From assembly GCF_964355755.1 (NCBI RefSeq), contig NC_092671.1, positions 37,396,304-37,460,303 on the forward strand: 64,000 nucleotides of DNA, read 5' to 3'. The notes under the pieces were generated by a model. The model made no database searches and was not told the DNA's origin. It saw nothing but the letters and a program-made list of their open reading frames with translations. The DNA is from Antedon mediterranea. Taxonomy: Eukaryota > Animalia > Echinodermata. Below are positions 59,949 through 64,000 of the stretch, piece by piece (position 1 is the first letter of the stretch; every line of letters begins with the position of its first letter). The translations under genes were made by a program, and so were the position numbers.

Positions 59949-60470
59949 AGCTTGGTTTACATTTGCACGTAAAGATTGATTCCCTAGAACGCAACGCAAA
60001 GACATAAGCTGCAACGCAAGAAAATACGCCGCCACGCAAGGACATAAGAGAATATACCAATAAAAAGCGATGGATTATTCGAACTGTCGCTTGTGATTGG
60101 TCAATTCGCTTGCGTTGCGGCTTACGTCCTTATGTTGCGTCCTAGTGTGGGAACCACTCTTAACGCAATGACGTAAGCGCACCACAAGAAAATTCGACAA
60201 CTCACTTGTGATTGGTCAACTCACACGCATTATGTCTGGGTCGTTACGTTAAAGCGTGGTTCCCACTAGAACGCAACGCAGAGTTAAGCGTGGTTCCCAC
60301 TAGCGACGCAACACAAGGACGTAACGCGCAACGCAAGTGAATTGACCACCAACCACAAGCGATGGCTTATTCGCTTGTGATTGCTAACTGTCTATAACTT
60401 CGCTTGTCATTGGTTAAAACGCTTGCGTTGCGTTTACGTCCTTGCGTTACGTTTTAGTGGGAACCAAGCT
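59949..60470. mobile_element. Cluster of stacked or nested family B MITEs (complete copy 60287-60470 with TTA/TTA TSD)
   Basis: Multiple agc(g/t)tggttcccactag ends at 59949, 60253 and 60287. Confidence 0.75.
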
Positions 60471-62249
60471 TTACATTTTATATATTACGAAACATTATGT
60501 TGTGTTGTAAATAATTATGTAGTCTGCAAATAACATTTAATGTCTTTAAATCTCTTGTGTACACTTTCCCTCCAAATCGGGCGTTAATACGCGCGCCTAA
60601 TATAAACACTTAATTTACTATTCACCATTTACTAAAAAACATGCGTATTAAGAATTAATACTTAAATGGCTACTATCGATATTACGTCAGGATCTTATGT
60701 TGAGTTATGAACAATTGTATGAAAAATGTAAATATCTTGAGCTGTAGGCCTATTCAAGGCCATAAAAATCCTATACTATGATACTGTACAAGAATCTAAA
60801 ATACATTCTTTTAATAACTAACAAAAGCAAATACAATATCTATATATAATTTCTATAATAAGATATCATTTTAGTGATTATGCGACTCTGTTTCAAACTA
60901 TGCATACATTTCAAGGGAACGATAAAAAGCTACTAAGGAGATAATTTGAATATCAAGGATAAATTGGCTGTGCTCGCTAAACTCATTCAGTTAACAATTT
61001 AAGAATAATTTAAAGGAAAATGCTGACGTTTATTTAGTACCGAAGTTCAATTAAAAAATTTGATCGTGTCTATAAAAAATAAATTTACAGCAAAGGAACG
61101 TACACTGTGATTCGCGCGTTCATGTGATGATGAGCCCACTGCGTTTGTACGCGCGCGTCCCTTCTTTGATACTAAATACTTATTCAGAAAAATAATGTTC
61201 TCATCTAAAATTGAAACGAAAATCAATTTTGCGATACCAATATTAAAGCCTCGTTCCCACTTGGGCTCCTCCTCGACGTACGCGCGTAATTTATTGTTCA
61301 AATTACTTGCGCGTACATCGAAAAGCGCCCTGTGGGGAGCCATTCTTTAAGCTCCGTCTACACTTAGACATACTTAAATTGTTAGTTAAGTTTTCAATAT
61401 CATCATTATTGTATTCTTGAACTGCGACCATGTAAATTTTCTGTAAAGTATGAAATAAAGTCTATCTGTATCCTTAACTTTAGGCCTACACCAACACATT
61501 TTAAACAAACAAAATATATGCTTGATCTTCAAAACTTAGATAGACAGGTTTTGTGTGTATAGTAAATGTCTCTGTCATCCCAAAAAATCCCCCTATTTGC
61601 AGATATGTCTTCTTTAGACATGTGTTTGTATTCAGGGGGGCTTGAAAGTTGTAATAATCTACCTTATTTTCAAACAATACATTAGGACATAGGCTACACT
61701 ACAGTGTAATTCCATGTGAGTATACCTCCATGGTTATTCCATAGACCGGAACAAGAAGTATAACGCATGCCTAAGGTGACAATCTTACTTAATGATTCAT
61801 GTGACTGAGCTAAATATACCACACAAAATGGCTATATACACGAACATAGCAAATACTATAAATACATTATGTAATTAGAAAGTCATACTCATAATAGCTT
61901 CAACATAATTGAACAAGAAAATTAGAACGACAAATTCATTTAGAAGGTTTTTTTGAGAACCGAAACGATGGCAATTGATATTGCTATAAAGAATTCAATA
62001 TACGAACTGCATTTGATAACGTAATAACATCTCGACTAATTAAAGATATTTGACGGACTAAATTACAACTATCCGAAATACAATGATGATTTACCCAAAG
62101 TACAGAAATAATTAAATTGTAAACTATATAAGACAAATTCAATCAACGCCATGAATAAACTTGCGTTTACATTAAGTGAACTTCAACAAAATGATGACAA
62201 TCACAAACGATGACGTAAGATCTGTAATTTGTTATTGCCATTTTAGGTT

Positions 62250-62580
62250 CACACTATTAAAAAAGGGTTTAGATCTTAAACATGTATTTTGTACTCACTT
62301 TTTCCACACGTTTAGCCATAAACATGTTTAGGTTCTAAATACATTCTAAACATGTAGTATGTATCCAACTCAAGACATCAGTCGTGTTAATTGTTAAACA
62401 TGTGGAGCAATATAAAGACACGTTTAGGTTTTAAACGTGTTTAATTTTCCATGTGTGGAGCTCATGTGTGGAGCTTTTTTCCGCCATAGTAAAATCATAT
62501 GCACGCAACGCTAAACATGACCTAAACATGTTGACTGAAAATAATAGATGTTTAAGATCTAAACACTATTTTTACAGTGT
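62250..62580. mobile_element. Second copy of the cactgtaa-terminal element
   Basis: Reverse-complement match to 11780-12076; tttagatcttaaacat inverted arms. Confidence 0.6.
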
Positions 62581-63359
62581 ACTTTTATTTTATCTTGGAT
62601 TGTTATATTACAAAAAAAAATGTCGTTTTTGATCAAGATTCTCGCAAGACTGAAGAAGACTAATTATGATCTATTTGACGTTTGGCAGTATAAAGACATT
62701 TTTTTTACGAAATTAAAATATAAAATGAAGATCACATCAAAACAATTCTAACCTTGTCAAATCCACCGGGTGTATGATAACTATTACAGGTAATATATAT
62801 CAAACGACGTCGGCAGACTCGGTTCATAAAGTCGGCTAATACTTTCAATCTAATCTACAGAGAGACGGTATGTACATAACTTGCTATTTTATTATTTACA
62901 TGACATGACACATAACAATGACATACGGACAAGACACAAAAAACTGTATTTGTCTAAGTGATAAAAACAAAAAGAAATGTCGGTTGTCAGCAAATCCGAT
63001 TAAAAGATACATATATAAAACAGACTAAAAATGACAAAAAGTGTAAAAGTACAACAAAACAGTAACATTAATAATCTTTAAAAAGGTTAAAAAGGTATTG
63101 TTACAAAGTACATTCTAGAGACACCAGTGTTAAAATATGAAGAGTTTGGCAAAAAAGAATTTCTAAAAAGACATCGCACATTTACTTAGGTTATAACAAC
63201 AATGGAACGGATGCGTCTGAAAACGGTTTTGGAAGCCGAACATGGTTGAATATATATTTCATGCCAGTTTCAAATATATTTCTATGTTTTATTTTTATGG
63301 ACAATAATAAGTATCTGTATCAATGTTTCACAATCGTATCATAATAAGATCATGGAAAA

Positions 63360-63615
63360 TAAGTCCTTCGGATGGGACGTAAAGCCGTGGGTTTCGTGTA
63401 ACTATACATTTAATGTGCATGATAAAGAACGTAAGCTCTGTCTTCACTATCAAACTAGTTTGACAAAAAAAAAGTGTGATGTGCCCAAATATGGTAGTGA
63501 TATGCCCAGATATGGTAATGATATGACATGTCCATATATGGGCACATCAGATGTTTTTTGTCACAAAAAGTTTGATAGTGTAGACAGAGCTTTAAACTAT
63601 ACGAAGAGGGTATTG
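63360..63615 (+). mobile_element. Deu/Meta-type SINE core fragment interrupted by a family A MITE (63434-63591)
   Basis: cttcggatgggacgtaaagccgtggg...gtgcatgataaagaac | MITE | ...cgaagaggg. Confidence 0.5.
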
Positions 63616-64000
63616 TCTGATGTGCACGATGGAAATTAGGCCTACAGGTCTTGAAGAACAGACGTGTACTGAAGAAATCACCTATTATATAAAAAAAGAT
63701 ATACAAAATGTAGGCCTATTCACGTAAAGAATAATATAATGTTAAATTTTGTCCGTAAATAAATAATAATGTAAAATTTAAGACAGCGAGTCACCGGACT
63801 GGTCAAGAAACCGGTCAAGAAACCGAAAAGACATCATTTATTTATATTACAGTGAATGATTGCGTTAAATAAAATATGATACATGTCCAAGATAAAGCCA
63901 TTGGATTGTACATTGATAAGCCTGAATCCAATGACAAGGTAAGCTGTATAATACTAGGGCACGGCTTAATAGACGTTGCAATCCATTCATTTAATCCAAA

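Noticed and set aside
61010-61350. Possible Kolobok/piggyBac-type element bounded by TTAA
   Set aside because: The putative TIRs match too poorly to support a call.
5671-63706. Many short ORFs containing PKYGSDM / LCLHYQT / SLPYL (e.g. 5671, 14144, 21750, 21872, 28144, 28206, 31351, 56497, 63352, 63455)
   Set aside because: They are translations of MITE family A and its 21-bp repeat, not a protein family.

Overview
AT-rich, intron-containing animal genomic DNA, probably from a marine invertebrate deuterostome (echinoderm-like; this is inference, not proven). Spliced by hand, the window holds 12 protein-coding genes. These are the 3' end of an EF-hand protein gene, two tandem PAP2/PLPP-family lipid phosphate phosphatase paralogs with an altered C2 motif, an MPEG1/perforin-2 gene whose C-terminus looks like a GPI-anchor signal, TMEM138 head-to-head with MPEG1, and a cluster of seven galactose-3-O-sulfotransferase (GAL3ST-like) genes. 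One GAL3ST copy is conservative and six are divergent, including an apparent chimera. Introns and intergenic DNA are dense with non-autonomous transposons: about 26 copies of one TWA-TSD (PIF/Harbinger-type) MITE, about 10 of a second, plus Tc1/mariner-, hAT- and Helentron-like elements, LINE 3' fragments and Deu/Meta-type SINEs. TA-flanked micro-insertions (TAGGCCTA, TACTGTA) are pervasive; paralog comparison shows they are insertions at TA sites, one of them in-frame in a coding exon. All gene models were assembled by eye from GT-AG sites and frame consistency; no database search was run.
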